A DNA stretch of 64,000 nucleotides from an uncultured Lachnospiraceae bacterium (GCA_944376125.1 CALWBQ010000037.1:30454-94453), one strand, 5' to 3'. Shown: positions 8,345 through 17,220, numbered from the stretch's first letter. Made by a program: numbers and translations. The notes: generated from the sequence alone by a model not told the origin.

Positions 8345-9226
8345 ATGGAACTTCAGGAATACATTCAGCAGTTTCAGGAGCATTTACAAAAGAGCGGAGC
8401 CTCCGCCAACACCGTTCTCTCCTACTCCTCTGCCGTCAGGCAGTTTTTTTCCTTTTATCCTAGTGTATCCGTCGATTCACTGAAAGCCTATCGGGAGTGG
8501 CTGCTGACGCAGTACCGGCCGTCAACAGTCAATGCTAAAATCAGCGCGCTCAACCGGTACATTCTGTTTCTGGAGCAGGGGAAAGAGTGTTCCAACTTAC
8601 AGGGGCCCTCCTCTGCGCCTGGATCGGACACACGTTCAGAAAAACCATGCCGGCTGCCGGCTGTTCGCCGTCAACAGAGATTCTATCTGGATACCATCAT
8701 CTCTGAGGCAGATTATGAACACCTGAAAAGCTGTCTGCTGGCGGATCAGGACTTTAAATGGTACTTTTTGGTTCATTTTTTAGGGTCCACCGGTGTTCGT
8801 GTGGGGGAACTGATCAAAATCAAAATTGAACATCTCCGAATGGAATATATGGATATCTGCTCAAAAGGCGGAAAAATCCGACGGGTATACTTCCCCCACT
8901 CTCTATGCCGTAAAGCCCTGGAATGGTACAGCAAAGAGGGGATCCACAGCGGCTTTCTCTTCACCAATCAGAACGGATCCCCATTGTCTCCCCGCTGGAT
9001 CAACAGTCACCTGAAGGCCCTGGCACTCCGCTACCAGATCTCTCCTGACACGGTCTACCCCCACTCGTTCCGCCACCGTTTTGCCAAAAACTTTTTGAAA
9101 CGGTTCAATGACATTGCCCTGCTCGCCGATCTCCTGGGCCACGAAAGCATTGAGACCACTCGTATTTACCTGACAAAATCCACTCAGGAACAGCGCCAGA
9201 TTATAGATCAGATCGTTACCTGGTAA
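8345..9226 (+). CDS. tyrosine site-specific recombinase (XerC/XerD-like) 2
   Basis: Starts 10 bp after recombinase 1 and is a paralogue of it. Motifs: STGVRVGEL, HSFRHRFAKNF, LGHESIETTRIYL. The two share the ISEADYE(Y/H)LK(A/S)CL block. Confidence 0.85.
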   Translation: MELQEYIQQFQEHLQKSGASANTVLSYSSAVRQFFSFYPSVSVDSLKAYREWLLTQYRPSTVNAKISALNRYILFLEQGKECSNLQGPSSAPGSDTRSEKPCRLPAVRRQQRFYLDTIISEADYEHLKSCLLADQDFKWYFLVHFLGSTGVRVGELIKIKIEHLRMEYMDICSKGGKIRRVYFPHSLCRKALEWYSKEGIHSGFLFTNQNGSPLSPRWINSHLKALALRYQISPDTVYPHSFRHRFAKNFLKRFNDIALLADLLGHESIETTRIYLTKSTQEQRQIIDQIVTW

Positions 9227-9248
9227 TATTTTTCACAGCGAAGCGAGA

Positions 9249-9284
9249 CAAATACTTGACAGAGTCAAGTATTTGCATTATATT
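9249..9284 (+). promoter_or_regulatory. promoter of the MarR gene overlapped by a perfect 12-bp-arm palindrome (candidate MarR operator)
   Basis: The palindrome is CAAATACTTGAC-AGA-GTCAAGTATTTG (9249-9275). The promoter has -35 TTGACA at 9256-9261, a 17-nt spacer, and -10 TATATT at 9279-9284. Confidence 0.55.
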
Positions 9285-9316
9285 GTGCCTAAGGAACCAA
9301 AAAGGAGGCGACATCC

Positions 9317-9745
9317 GTGACCCAATCCCTGGCCTTTTATATCTCTGTACTCCGGAAACAGTTTACTCAGTACTGTTTTCAAAAGCTCGCGGATAGGAAT
9401 ATCACCCATGGCCAGCTATTTATTATTATCTTTGTCGAAAAAAAAGGTCCCTGTTCTCCCAAAGAAATCTCTCTTGCGCTGAGACTGGATGCCGGTTTTC
9501 TCACCAGAAGCCTGTCTAAACTGATCGCCAATGGCTTTCTTGCACAGACGAAAAATGAAAAAGACCGGAGGGCCAATATTATCACTCTGACCCCCGCAGG
9601 CCGTCAGATCTTTGAGCAAAGCCGCCGGCTATTTTACGACTGGGATGAAGCAGTCTCTGCCCATCTGACAGACTCCGAAAAGAGCCAGCTAATTTATCTG
9701 CTGCAGAAAATAGCAGTGCAGCCCCAAAAAGAAATGGAGGAATAG
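9317..9745 (+). CDS. MarR family transcriptional regulator
   Basis: 142 aa with a GTG start and RBS AGGAGG. The winged-HTH region reads ...PKEISLALRLDAGFLTRSLSKLIANGFLAQTKNEKDRRANIITLTPAGRQ... Confidence 0.85.
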   Translation: MTQSLAFYISVLRKQFTQYCFQKLADRNITHGQLFIIIFVEKKGPCSPKEISLALRLDAGFLTRSLSKLIANGFLAQTKNEKDRRANIITLTPAGRQIFEQSRRLFYDWDEAVSAHLTDSEKSQLIYLLQKIAVQPQKEMEE

Positions 9746-9748
9746 ACA

Positions 9749-10300
9749 ATGTCAAAACTAGATCATTTTTTGAACCTTTTAACCGGAAAATTCAATAATC
9801 AAGAGCAGTATGAAGCTCTGAAAAAAGCTGGAAAAGATTTTCCCTTTGCCGAGCATGTCAATACCGCCTGCAATCACAAAATCAGCGGCCTTCCCGATGA
9901 TTTTAAAGGCGTCTTTATGGTGGAGGAAAGCTACTATACCTCCGGTGACAAAACTCACGCGGCTCCCCATCTGTTTTTATTTACAGAAGAGCCCGATGGA
10001 GTCAAACTGACTTCTTATGAACTCCCTGCCGGGTTTACGAAAGATTCTTTCACCTACGACAATATCACAGCTCTAAATTACCGTGATCTGAAACCTTCGG
10101 AGAAATTCACTCCCGCCCTGTATGTCCAGAAGGACGGTGCCTGGGAGGGAGGCAGCACCAGCATGTTCTCTCCTGTGCTGAAATTTACCCTATTTGAGCG
10201 TTTTTCCCCAGAGTGCCTGGAGGTCACCGAGTCCATGGAAGTCAAGGGGAAAAAGACCTTTGGCTACGATGAGCCAATTATCTATAAAAGACTGGGATAA
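9749..10300 (+). CDS. CpcT/CpeT-like (DUF1001) beta-barrel protein
   Basis: Starts 3 nt after the marR stop. The N-terminus LLTGKFNNQEQYE... and the roughly 180-aa size resemble the CpcT/CpeT lipocalin-like family. Assignment is from memory. Confidence 0.45.
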   Translation: MSKLDHFLNLLTGKFNNQEQYEALKKAGKDFPFAEHVNTACNHKISGLPDDFKGVFMVEESYYTSGDKTHAAPHLFLFTEEPDGVKLTSYELPAGFTKDSFTYDNITALNYRDLKPSEKFTPALYVQKDGAWEGGSTSMFSPVLKFTLFERFSPECLEVTESMEVKGKKTFGYDEPIIYKRLG

Positions 10301-10337
10301 TTGGGACCTTTTCTTCTGCAGCTTGAAGAAGACGAAA

Positions 10338-10378
10338 GCAGCGGGATATGGCCTCTCATCCATATCCCGCTGCCTTTT
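10338..10378. terminator. bidirectional intrinsic terminator between convergent genes
   Basis: A 14-bp stem GCAGCGGGATATGG / CCATATCCCGCTGC is followed by CTTTTAA on the plus strand and preceded by GACGAAA. Confidence 0.65.
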
Positions 10379-10380
10379 AA

Positions 10381-11088
10381 TTACCGCATAAAAAGCTGTG
10401 TCCAGTAATTAACTCCTGATGCACTCCTGTAATACCCTACACCGATGGAAGTGTAGCTGCTGTTTAAAATATTGGCTCTGTGCCCGCTGCTGTTCATCCA
10501 CCCATTCATAACCTGTTCCGGTGTGCTCTGTCCGTAGGCAATGTTTTCACCTGCCCCCATAAATCTGGCCCCCGCTTCAGTCAGAGCTGTTGTGAAGCTC
10601 CTGCCGTCCGGCCGTGTATGGGAAAATGAAGTCTGGATCTCAACTGCTCGGGTTTGAGCTGCTGAAGCTGCCGCAGCATCCACCGTCAGAGGGGCCAGGC
10701 CAGCTTTCGCCCTCTCCGCATTTACCAGTCTCACAACCTCCTCTGCAAACGCGCTCATCTCCACATCCGTTTCCGGCTGATCCGGTGCAGGATTGCCTGC
10801 CTCCGGGCTGCCATTTCCTGATCCCCCATTGCCCGGAATATCCATTCCCGGGATCTCCAGATCCGGGAACTCAGTTCCAGGGAGATTTCCTCCCGGGATC
10901 GTGATGCCGGGAATCGTAATCCCCGGCAGGTTTGTGATACAGCCGCTGCCATTTATATTTCCTACTACGACTACTTTTCCCCCTGGAATATTGTATGTAT
11001 TCACAGCAGCAAAGGCAGTTGTCGGAAACACCCCCGCGGCCATCGCTGCGGTGATCGCTGTCAATGCTAATCTTGATACTTTTTTCAT
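10381..11088 (-). CDS. secreted CAP (SCP/PR1, YkwD-like) domain protein with Pro/Gly-rich linker
   Basis: Signal peptide present, followed by a PGITIPGITIPGGNLPG linker. The CAP core reads VNAERAKAGLAPLTVD...HTRPDGRS...GENIAYGQSTPEQVMNGWMNSSGHRANIL. Confidence 0.8.
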   Translation of the reverse strand: MKKVSRLALTAITAAMAAGVFPTTAFAAVNTYNIPGGKVVVVGNINGSGCITNLPGITIPGITIPGGNLPGTEFPDLEIPGMDIPGNGGSGNGSPEAGNPAPDQPETDVEMSAFAEEVVRLVNAERAKAGLAPLTVDAAAASAAQTRAVEIQTSFSHTRPDGRSFTTALTEAGARFMGAGENIAYGQSTPEQVMNGWMNSSGHRANILNSSYTSIGVGYYRSASGVNYWTQLFMR

Positions 11089-11115
11089 GGTATGCCCTCC
11101 TAATATTTCAAATTT

Positions 11116-11146
11116 GTTACATTTTTGTTACGAAAAGATCATACCA
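11116..11146 (-). promoter_or_regulatory. extended -10 promoter followed by a WalR-like CGTAAC-N5-TGTAAC repeat upstream of the CAP gene
   Basis: The minus strand reads TGgTATGAT (11146-11138), CTTTT, CGTAAC-AAAAA-TGTAAC (11132-11116), then AATTTGAAATATTAGGAGGG and the ATG. Confidence 0.4.
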
Positions 11147-11307
11147 TAAAACACCCGAAATTCTACAGGGAATCCCTGGAAGCTGGAAAAATGGCAGTTT
11201 GCCTCACAGTTTGATATTCTTTATAAAAATTCCCGCTGCGATCACCACATGCACTGCAATGATCACAGCGGGACTGTCTGCCGGGCCTGAAGGGCGCCGT
11301 ACTTTGT

Positions 11308-11811
11308 CTATCGCCTGTTTCTAAAAAGTACAACCAGAAACCAGATAACTAGAAGAGGTCCTATCAGCGGGCTTAAAAAAGCAAAAAGACCTCCGAGAAT
11401 CGTAAACACCAGGATCAAAAACACAATCAGGATCACTGGTATGATAAAGCGCCTCCATCCGCGGCTCAAATCATACATATGGAATCCGCTCCTTCGCTCA
11501 TCCTCCTCATAGCCGCTGTAGGGACCCGAACCGGAACTTCCGTACTCATTCCCATAGGATCCATAATAGCTCTCCCCGTCGGCACTTCCATATCCGCTCT
11601 CCTCGCTGTCCCCTCCATTGGCTTCAATAATGGTTTTCGCGATCAGACGGTAGCCACCGATCTCATCTATGATTTCTTCCTCCGTCCGGCCCTTGGCCGC
11701 TTCATTCCGGATATATTCATCGTAATATCTCAAGTTTTCCTGAATGACGCTGGGGGGAACAGCGCCGTTCAAAGATGCCCCCAGCCCCTTCAAAAACTCT
11801 TCTCTGTTCAT
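11308..11811 (-). CDS. DUF1700 domain membrane protein
   Basis: The N-terminus MNREEFLKGL...PPSVIQENLRYYDEYI...GRTEEEIIDEIG is typical of DUF1700. It has a Gly/Ser/Tyr-rich linker and a C-terminal TM pair. The ATGA start overlaps the fbp stop. Confidence 0.6.
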   Translation of the reverse strand: MNREEFLKGLGASLNGAVPPSVIQENLRYYDEYIRNEAAKGRTEEEIIDEIGGYRLIAKTIIEANGGDSEESGYGSADGESYYGSYGNEYGSSGSGPYSGYEEDERRSGFHMYDLSRGWRRFIIPVILIVFLILVFTILGGLFAFLSPLIGPLLVIWFLVVLFRNRR

Positions 11812-13754
11812 TCAGTCAGTTCAATCCTTTCCTTCAGGCTTCCCGCCCTGTAAGCAGCGATCAGTTCCTTCAGATCGCTGATCTGCTCCGCCAGCTCGGC
11901 TCCTTTGTCAGTGTCTGCCACCATCACTCTCTTTTTCATCTTCTCCACAATGTGAACTGTCGGCGTGCTCTCCTTGGACGGATTAAAAGGCTTGTGCTCC
12001 GCCAGGGCCAGGTGATGCGAATTATAGATCAGCGTATAGCCGGCAATTCCCGTCTTGGACTGGTACGCCTTGGACAGCCCGCCATCGATAATAAACAGCT
12101 TTCCTCCGCCCTTCACCGGCTTTTCTCCATCCTTGATCTTTACCGGGACATGGCCATTGATGATATGAGAGCCTTCCAGGGGCAGTCCAAACTCCGCCAG
12201 GATCTTATCGCAGTATTCTTCCTTCTGGCTCAGCTGGTAATAAGGGTTCAAAGTCTCCTTATGCGTCGCCTTATCTTCTATAAAATAATGCTCAAAAGCC
12301 GTCATCTTGTCCTTGCCGAAAACCGGAGACTTGGATCCGCACCAGAGATACCACATGAAATCTTTTGCGTCTTCCTTCCCCGGCGCGTCCTCCGGCAGAA
12401 AATAGGCATTTTGCGCCATCTTGTCTACATAATCTAATAACGACTTGCCTGAATACTCCTCTTCACCGAATTTCACGCTGTCAAAGCTCCCGTCCTTTCT
12501 CATCGGAATACAGCCATGGTACAGCAGATTAGAATTGTAGCATTTATACATGCTGCCGTGAGAATATAAAAACTTTACGTGTTTATGGAGCAGCGAATTG
12601 TGCTGGAAAGAGAGCTTCAGAGTGTGGAGCAGCTCCTCCTCCTCTTTTGAAAGTTTCAGCGGTGCCTCTGGATCGATGGTGGGGAATCTCATATCCATCA
12701 TGGTGTATTCCTTATTTCCAACCCTGACCGTTCCCTTCTCAAAATCAATGGCTGAGAGAAGGATCCTGTCGTCCATTTGATACTCCGGGTGGCGTTTGAT
12801 CAGCTGTCCTTCTACCTTAAACTGGATAATAGAAATGGCCTTATGCATTTTGGCTGCCAGCCCTGGATCCACCGCGTCATAAATATTTTCATCTAAAATA
12901 TGGGGGACAAAACGTGTGCAGGGATCATCCCTGTACACCTTGGCCGCAAACATGGAGAGCGGCCTCAGATTAATCCCATACCCCTCTTCAAGGGCATCAA
13001 AATTGTTATAGCTGATAGCAATTCTCAAAACATTGCAGATGCATGCCAGGCTTCCGGTTGCCGCTCCCATCCAGTCAATGTCGTGGTTTCCCCACTGGAT
13101 ATCCACGTCATGGAATTTCATCAGAGCATTCATAATCAAGTCTGCCCTGGGCCCTCTGTCAAAAATATCTCCGATAATGTGGAGACTGTCGATAGTCAGA
13201 TTCTGGATCAGCTCGCACAGGGCCCGGATAAATTCATTGGCGATTTGGATATCTATGATTGAGTGGATGATTTCGCTGTAATATACCTTTTTATTTTCAT
13301 CGTTATAGTCCACGTGGAGCAGCTCATCGATGATATAGGCAAAAGACGGCGGCATCTTTTTCCGCACTTTTGATCTGGTGTATTTGGAAGACACTTCCTT
13401 GCAGATCCTGACCAGCCGGTAGATGGTGATCCTCTGCCAGTCATCTGTATTGCGCCCCTCCGCAGTCATCTTCTGCAGCATCCGTTCCGGATAGTAGATC
13501 AGATTTGCCAGTTCAATCTGCTCGTCCTCCGGTATCAGATAATTGAAGGTATCCTTGATCTTCTCCCGGATAATTCCAGAGGAGCTCCGAAGCAGATGGA
13601 TAAATGCCTCGTGCTCCCCGTGAAGATCGCTAAAAAAATATTCCGTCCCCTTGGGCAGCCCCTGAATGGCCATCAGATTGATCATCTCCCCTGACGCAGC
13701 CCGGATAGACGGGTATTCCTTGGACATCAACCGCAAATATGCCAAGTCTCTCAT
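11808..13754 (-). CDS. fbp: fructose-1,6-bisphosphatase class 3
   Basis: 648 aa. It aligns by eye along its whole length with Bacillus-type Fbp (LPKGTEYFFSDLHGEHEAF, YTRSKVRKK, VDIQWGNHD, HIINGHVPVK...IDGGLSKAYQSKTGIAGYTLIYNS). Confidence 0.9.
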   Translation of the reverse strand: MRDLAYLRLMSKEYPSIRAASGEMINLMAIQGLPKGTEYFFSDLHGEHEAFIHLLRSSSGIIREKIKDTFNYLIPEDEQIELANLIYYPERMLQKMTAEGRNTDDWQRITIYRLVRICKEVSSKYTRSKVRKKMPPSFAYIIDELLHVDYNDENKKVYYSEIIHSIIDIQIANEFIRALCELIQNLTIDSLHIIGDIFDRGPRADLIMNALMKFHDVDIQWGNHDIDWMGAATGSLACICNVLRIAISYNNFDALEEGYGINLRPLSMFAAKVYRDDPCTRFVPHILDENIYDAVDPGLAAKMHKAISIIQFKVEGQLIKRHPEYQMDDRILLSAIDFEKGTVRVGNKEYTMMDMRFPTIDPEAPLKLSKEEEELLHTLKLSFQHNSLLHKHVKFLYSHGSMYKCYNSNLLYHGCIPMRKDGSFDSVKFGEEEYSGKSLLDYVDKMAQNAYFLPEDAPGKEDAKDFMWYLWCGSKSPVFGKDKMTAFEHYFIEDKATHKETLNPYYQLSQKEEYCDKILAEFGLPLEGSHIINGHVPVKIKDGEKPVKGGGKLFIIDGGLSKAYQSKTGIAGYTLIYNSHHLALAEHKPFNPSKESTPTVHIVEKMKKRVMVADTDKGAELAEQISDLKELIAAYRAGSLKERIELTE

Positions 13755-13979
13755 GTGTTATATTTCCTCTCCTTGACGCTGCAGGTGGACGTCCGTCCCC
13801 CTGCGGTGCACCTCAATCCACTAAAGTTACATTTGACTTATCGTACCACAAAAGGGTGAACTTTTGAAGTCCTATTCGGCCAAAAAATATCTTCGCCAGC
13901 CAGGCCGCAGCATTTTCTTGCCAATCGCAGCCGTTTTATAGTAGAATAAAACCATCTAAAACTGGGAAGAAGGCATACT

Positions 13980-14783
13980 ATGGAAAAATTATACGTATTT
14001 GGAACCGGCCACGCCGCCGTAACCCGCTGCTACAACACTTGCTTCGCCATCCGGGACGGGGAAGAATATTTTATGACCGATGCCGGAGGCGGAAACCGTA
14101 TTCTGGGAATCCTCCAGGATATGAAAGTCCCCCTGGATTCCATTCACCACCTCTTTGTCACTCATAAGCACACTGACCACATACTGGGTGTCGTCTGGAT
14201 GGTACGGATGATCGGGAGCCGGATCTTAGCTGGCAGCTATCAGGGAGATCTGACCATCTACTGCCACGACGGTCTGACAGAGACAATCCGCACGCTTTGC
14301 AGCCTCACCCTTCAGGGAAGCATTGTCAATCTGTTCGGATCCCGGATCCGTCTGTGCCCTGTCGCCGATGGGCAGACACTTTCGATTCTGGGCCATAATG
14401 TAACATTTTTTGACATTCACTCCACCAAGGCCAGACAGTTTGGCTTCACTGCAGAACTGTCTGATCACAGCCGCTTAACCTGCGCTGGGGATGAGCCCTA
14501 CAATCCTTTGTGCCGCCCATATGTGGAAGGCAGCCGGTACCTTCTCCACGAGGCTTTCTGCCTCTATGAGGACCGGGAGAAATATAAGCCCTACGAAAAG
14601 CACCACAGTACCGTAAAGGACGCCTGTGAGCTGGCCCAGTCCCTGAATATTCCCAATCTGGTTCTCTGGCATACAGAGGAGGACAGCCAGCCCCGCCGGC
14701 AGGAGCTTTACCTTGCGGAGGGGCGCCAGTATTACAGCGGAAGCCTCTTCGTTCCGGAAGACCAGACTATCCTGGATCTGTAG
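13980..14783 (+). CDS. MBL-fold metallo-hydrolase
   Basis: The HKHTDH metal-binding motif (FVTHKHTDHILG) lies in a 267-aa protein with later His/Asp ligands. Confidence 0.75.
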   Translation: MEKLYVFGTGHAAVTRCYNTCFAIRDGEEYFMTDAGGGNRILGILQDMKVPLDSIHHLFVTHKHTDHILGVVWMVRMIGSRILAGSYQGDLTIYCHDGLTETIRTLCSLTLQGSIVNLFGSRIRLCPVADGQTLSILGHNVTFFDIHSTKARQFGFTAELSDHSRLTCAGDEPYNPLCRPYVEGSRYLLHEAFCLYEDREKYKPYEKHHSTVKDACELAQSLNIPNLVLWHTEEDSQPRRQELYLAEGRQYYSGSLFVPEDQTILDL

Positions 14784-14789
14784 GCCGCA

Positions 14790-15980
14790 TTACCCGTTCA
14801 TTGCCAGCCGGTAGATCTCTTCCATCTCCGGCTGGCCCAGGGTTCGAATACCTGCAAGGGTTCTCTTTCCAAAAAAGGTGCATTTCTCTGCCATGATCCG
14901 GATATCTTCCTCTGTCAGCCGGACATCAAGGTCACTCAGTCTCACAGGCATTTCCAGACTTCTGAAAAATTCCTCAAACCTTTTAATTCCCTGGAGAGCC
15001 GTTCTTTCAGGGTGCTTAAAATCCATAGGCTCACCCCACACCCGCACGGCAAGCTGTGCAAAGCGCATCACATCTGCCCCGCAGACATACCGCGCCCAGG
15101 TAGGGAACAAGGCAGACAGACCTGCTCCATGGGCGATCTGTGGGTATCTGCCTGACAGCTCATGCTCCAGCTGATGAACCTGCATCACATAATCCCTTCC
15201 CAGCCCGGTCAGATCATTGTGAGAAAGGCTCCCTGCCCACATAAGCGCCGCTCTGGCCTCATAGTCCTCCGGGTCTTCAAAGGCTTTTCTCCCGGCCTCA
15301 ATGACGGAAACCATCAGCCCCTCTGCCAGCCGGTCCGTCAGCGGCGTCTCCTTCGTCTTTCCAAGATATCTCTCTAAAGTATGCATTAAAATATCCACAG
15401 TCCCGCATCCCGTTTGAAATCTTCCTACTGTGTAGGTCAGTTCCGGATTACAGATAGCAAACAGCGGCCGGTGGGTCGGGCTGTTAAAGCCCCTTTTCAG
15501 CCAGCCATCCTCGTTTGTTATGACGCAGGACTGGCTCATCTCACTCCCGGAGGCAGACAATGTCAAGATCACGCCTACCGGAAGCGCCTTTTGGGGTACA
15601 GCCTCTTTCAGAAAATAGCGCCACACATCCTCATCCGGATTGGCTGCTCCGTCGGCAATGCATTTGGCAGAATCAATCACGCTCCCGCCTCCGACCGCAA
15701 GAATCCCCTGCACGCCCTCCCTCAGGCACAGACGGATCCCTTCTCTGGCCAGGGACAGAACAGGGTTTGCCCGGACGCCCCCCAGAGTCACATAAGCAAT
15801 TTTCTCCTCATCCAGCGCCTGAAGCACTGTATCTAAAAGACCGCTCTTCTTAGCACTCTCCCCGCCATAATGAACCAGTATCTTAGAAAAGCCGTATTCC
15901 TTTAAGATCCTTCCAACCTGAAGATGAGTCTCTCTCCCAAAAATCACTCTGGTCGGTGCGCACCAATCAAAATTGTTCAT
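14790..15980 (-). CDS. iron-containing (group III) alcohol dehydrogenase, butanol dehydrogenase/YqhD-like
   Basis: 396 aa. Shows GGGSVIDSAK dinucleotide and Fe-ADH signatures, plus His ligands in HTLERY and HELS...HGAGL. Confidence 0.85.
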   Translation of the reverse strand: MNNFDWCAPTRVIFGRETHLQVGRILKEYGFSKILVHYGGESAKKSGLLDTVLQALDEEKIAYVTLGGVRANPVLSLAREGIRLCLREGVQGILAVGGGSVIDSAKCIADGAANPDEDVWRYFLKEAVPQKALPVGVILTLSASGSEMSQSCVITNEDGWLKRGFNSPTHRPLFAICNPELTYTVGRFQTGCGTVDILMHTLERYLGKTKETPLTDRLAEGLMVSVIEAGRKAFEDPEDYEARAALMWAGSLSHNDLTGLGRDYVMQVHQLEHELSGRYPQIAHGAGLSALFPTWARYVCGADVMRFAQLAVRVWGEPMDFKHPERTALQGIKRFEEFFRSLEMPVRLSDLDVRLTEEDIRIMAEKCTFFGKRTLAGIRTLGQPEMEEIYRLAMNG

Positions 15981-16089
15981 TTTGCAATTCTCCTTTTCAT
16001 GTATTGTCTGTTACTAATTCTCTATACTCTCTCATATGTTTATAATGTGACTGCTATCTCTCTATACAATCCAGGAAGGAGTACAAGCC

Positions 16090-17220
16090 ATGAAACTGCC
16101 AAAATGCCTTTGCCGTCTCAAAAAATGCCTTTCCCCTGCTTCCGTCATTACTGCTGAGACCATCGCTCTCTGTGTGCTCAGCGTTTCTCTCTTTCTCCAT
16201 TCCGTATATCAAGGTCCCATGTGGCCGCCGTCCATCTCCGGCATCACCTCCGCGGCTTCTGAGGATTCTTACATCAAATGGGTAGACTTTGATGTCACCA
16301 GCGAAGCCATGAATCATGCCTTCCGCTACGATGTAGCCACCTGCCAGTCTGAGATCCATCTCAACTGGATTGAACTGCTTGCCTGCCTGGGGGCACGGTA
16401 TGGCGGAGATTTTTCCAAGTACCGCCAGGCTGACCTGGACGCCGTCGCCAAAAAGCTCCAGTCCGGCGAGACAACCATGGCAGAGATCACCCAAAATTTA
16501 TCCTATTATCCTTACTACCTGGAAGCCTACGGCGCCGTCCTGTCTGGTATGGTGGGGCCCTTCGAGGCAGAGATTCCGTCCTCACAGGCCCCCGGCTCCC
16601 TCTTGCCCTCTGGTGTAGATGGGGGCACAGCGGGAGACCCTGAAAAGGTCTGGGCTTCCCAATACGGTCTCAAGGCTTTCTCGCCCATTGCCAAATATTT
16701 CCCCTACAGTGACTATGACGATTTTGGGGTGTCCCGGAATTATGGTTTCCGCCGGAGACATCTGGGACACGATATGATGGGACAGACAGGAACTCCCATC
16801 ATTGCCGTAGAATCCGGCACAGTAGAATGTCTGGGATGGAATCAGTACGGGGGATGGCGCATCGGAATCCGCAGCTTTGACAAAAAACGCTATTATTATT
16901 ACGCCCATCTCCGGAAAGACTATCCCTACCAGTCGATCCTCAAAGAAGGCTCCACCGTCCAGGCGGGCGATGTGATCGGTTATATGGGCCGGACCGGCTA
17001 CAGCACCACAGAAAACACCAATAACATTGATGAACCTCATCTCCATTTCGGCATTCAGTTAATTTTTGATGAGTCTCAAAAAGAAGGCAGCAATGAAATC
17101 TGGATCGACTGCTATGAGATTGTCAAGTTTCTCAGCCAAAACCGCTCTGAAACCCAGAAGGTCGAGGGGACCAAGGAGTGGGAGCGCATTTACGGGTTCA
17201 GAGATCCGGCCATCCCCTAG
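16090..17220 (+). CDS. M23 family metallopeptidase
   Basis: N-terminal membrane anchor. The catalytic region reads RRHLGHDMMGQTGTPIIAVESGTVE...YAHL...GDVIGYMGRTGYS...PHLHFGIQ. Confidence 0.8.
   Translation: MKLPKCLCRLKKCLSPASVITAETIALCVLSVSLFLHSVYQGPMWPPSISGITSAASEDSYIKWVDFDVTSEAMNHAFRYDVATCQSEIHLNWIELLACLGARYGGDFSKYRQADLDAVAKKLQSGETTMAEITQNLSYYPYYLEAYGAVLSGMVGPFEAEIPSSQAPGSLLPSGVDGGTAGDPEKVWASQYGLKAFSPIAKYFPYSDYDDFGVSRNYGFRRRHLGHDMMGQTGTPIIAVESGTVECLGWNQYGGWRIGIRSFDKKRYYYYAHLRKDYPYQSILKEGSTVQAGDVIGYMGRTGYSTTENTNNIDEPHLHFGIQLIFDESQKEGSNEIWIDCYEIVKFLSQNRSETQKVEGTKEWERIYGFRDPAIP

Noticed and set aside
10830-10930. Repetitive CCGGGAAT-like DNA in the CAP gene.
   Set aside because: It encodes the in-frame Pro/Gly-rich linker (PGITIPGITIPGGNLPG...IPGMDIPG). 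It is a low-complexity coding repeat, not a regulatory or CRISPR-like repeat.
14841-14850. A GGTTCGAATA T-loop-like string suggesting a tRNA.
   Set aside because: It lies inside the alcohol dehydrogenase coding sequence with no flanking acceptor or anticodon stems. No tRNA-like cloverleaf could be built in any intergenic region of the window.
17217-17220. Convergent 4-nt overlap (CTAG) of the M23 peptidase and acyltransferase stop codons.
   Set aside because: This is a compact gene arrangement with no hairpin or other signal. It is probably of no special significance.
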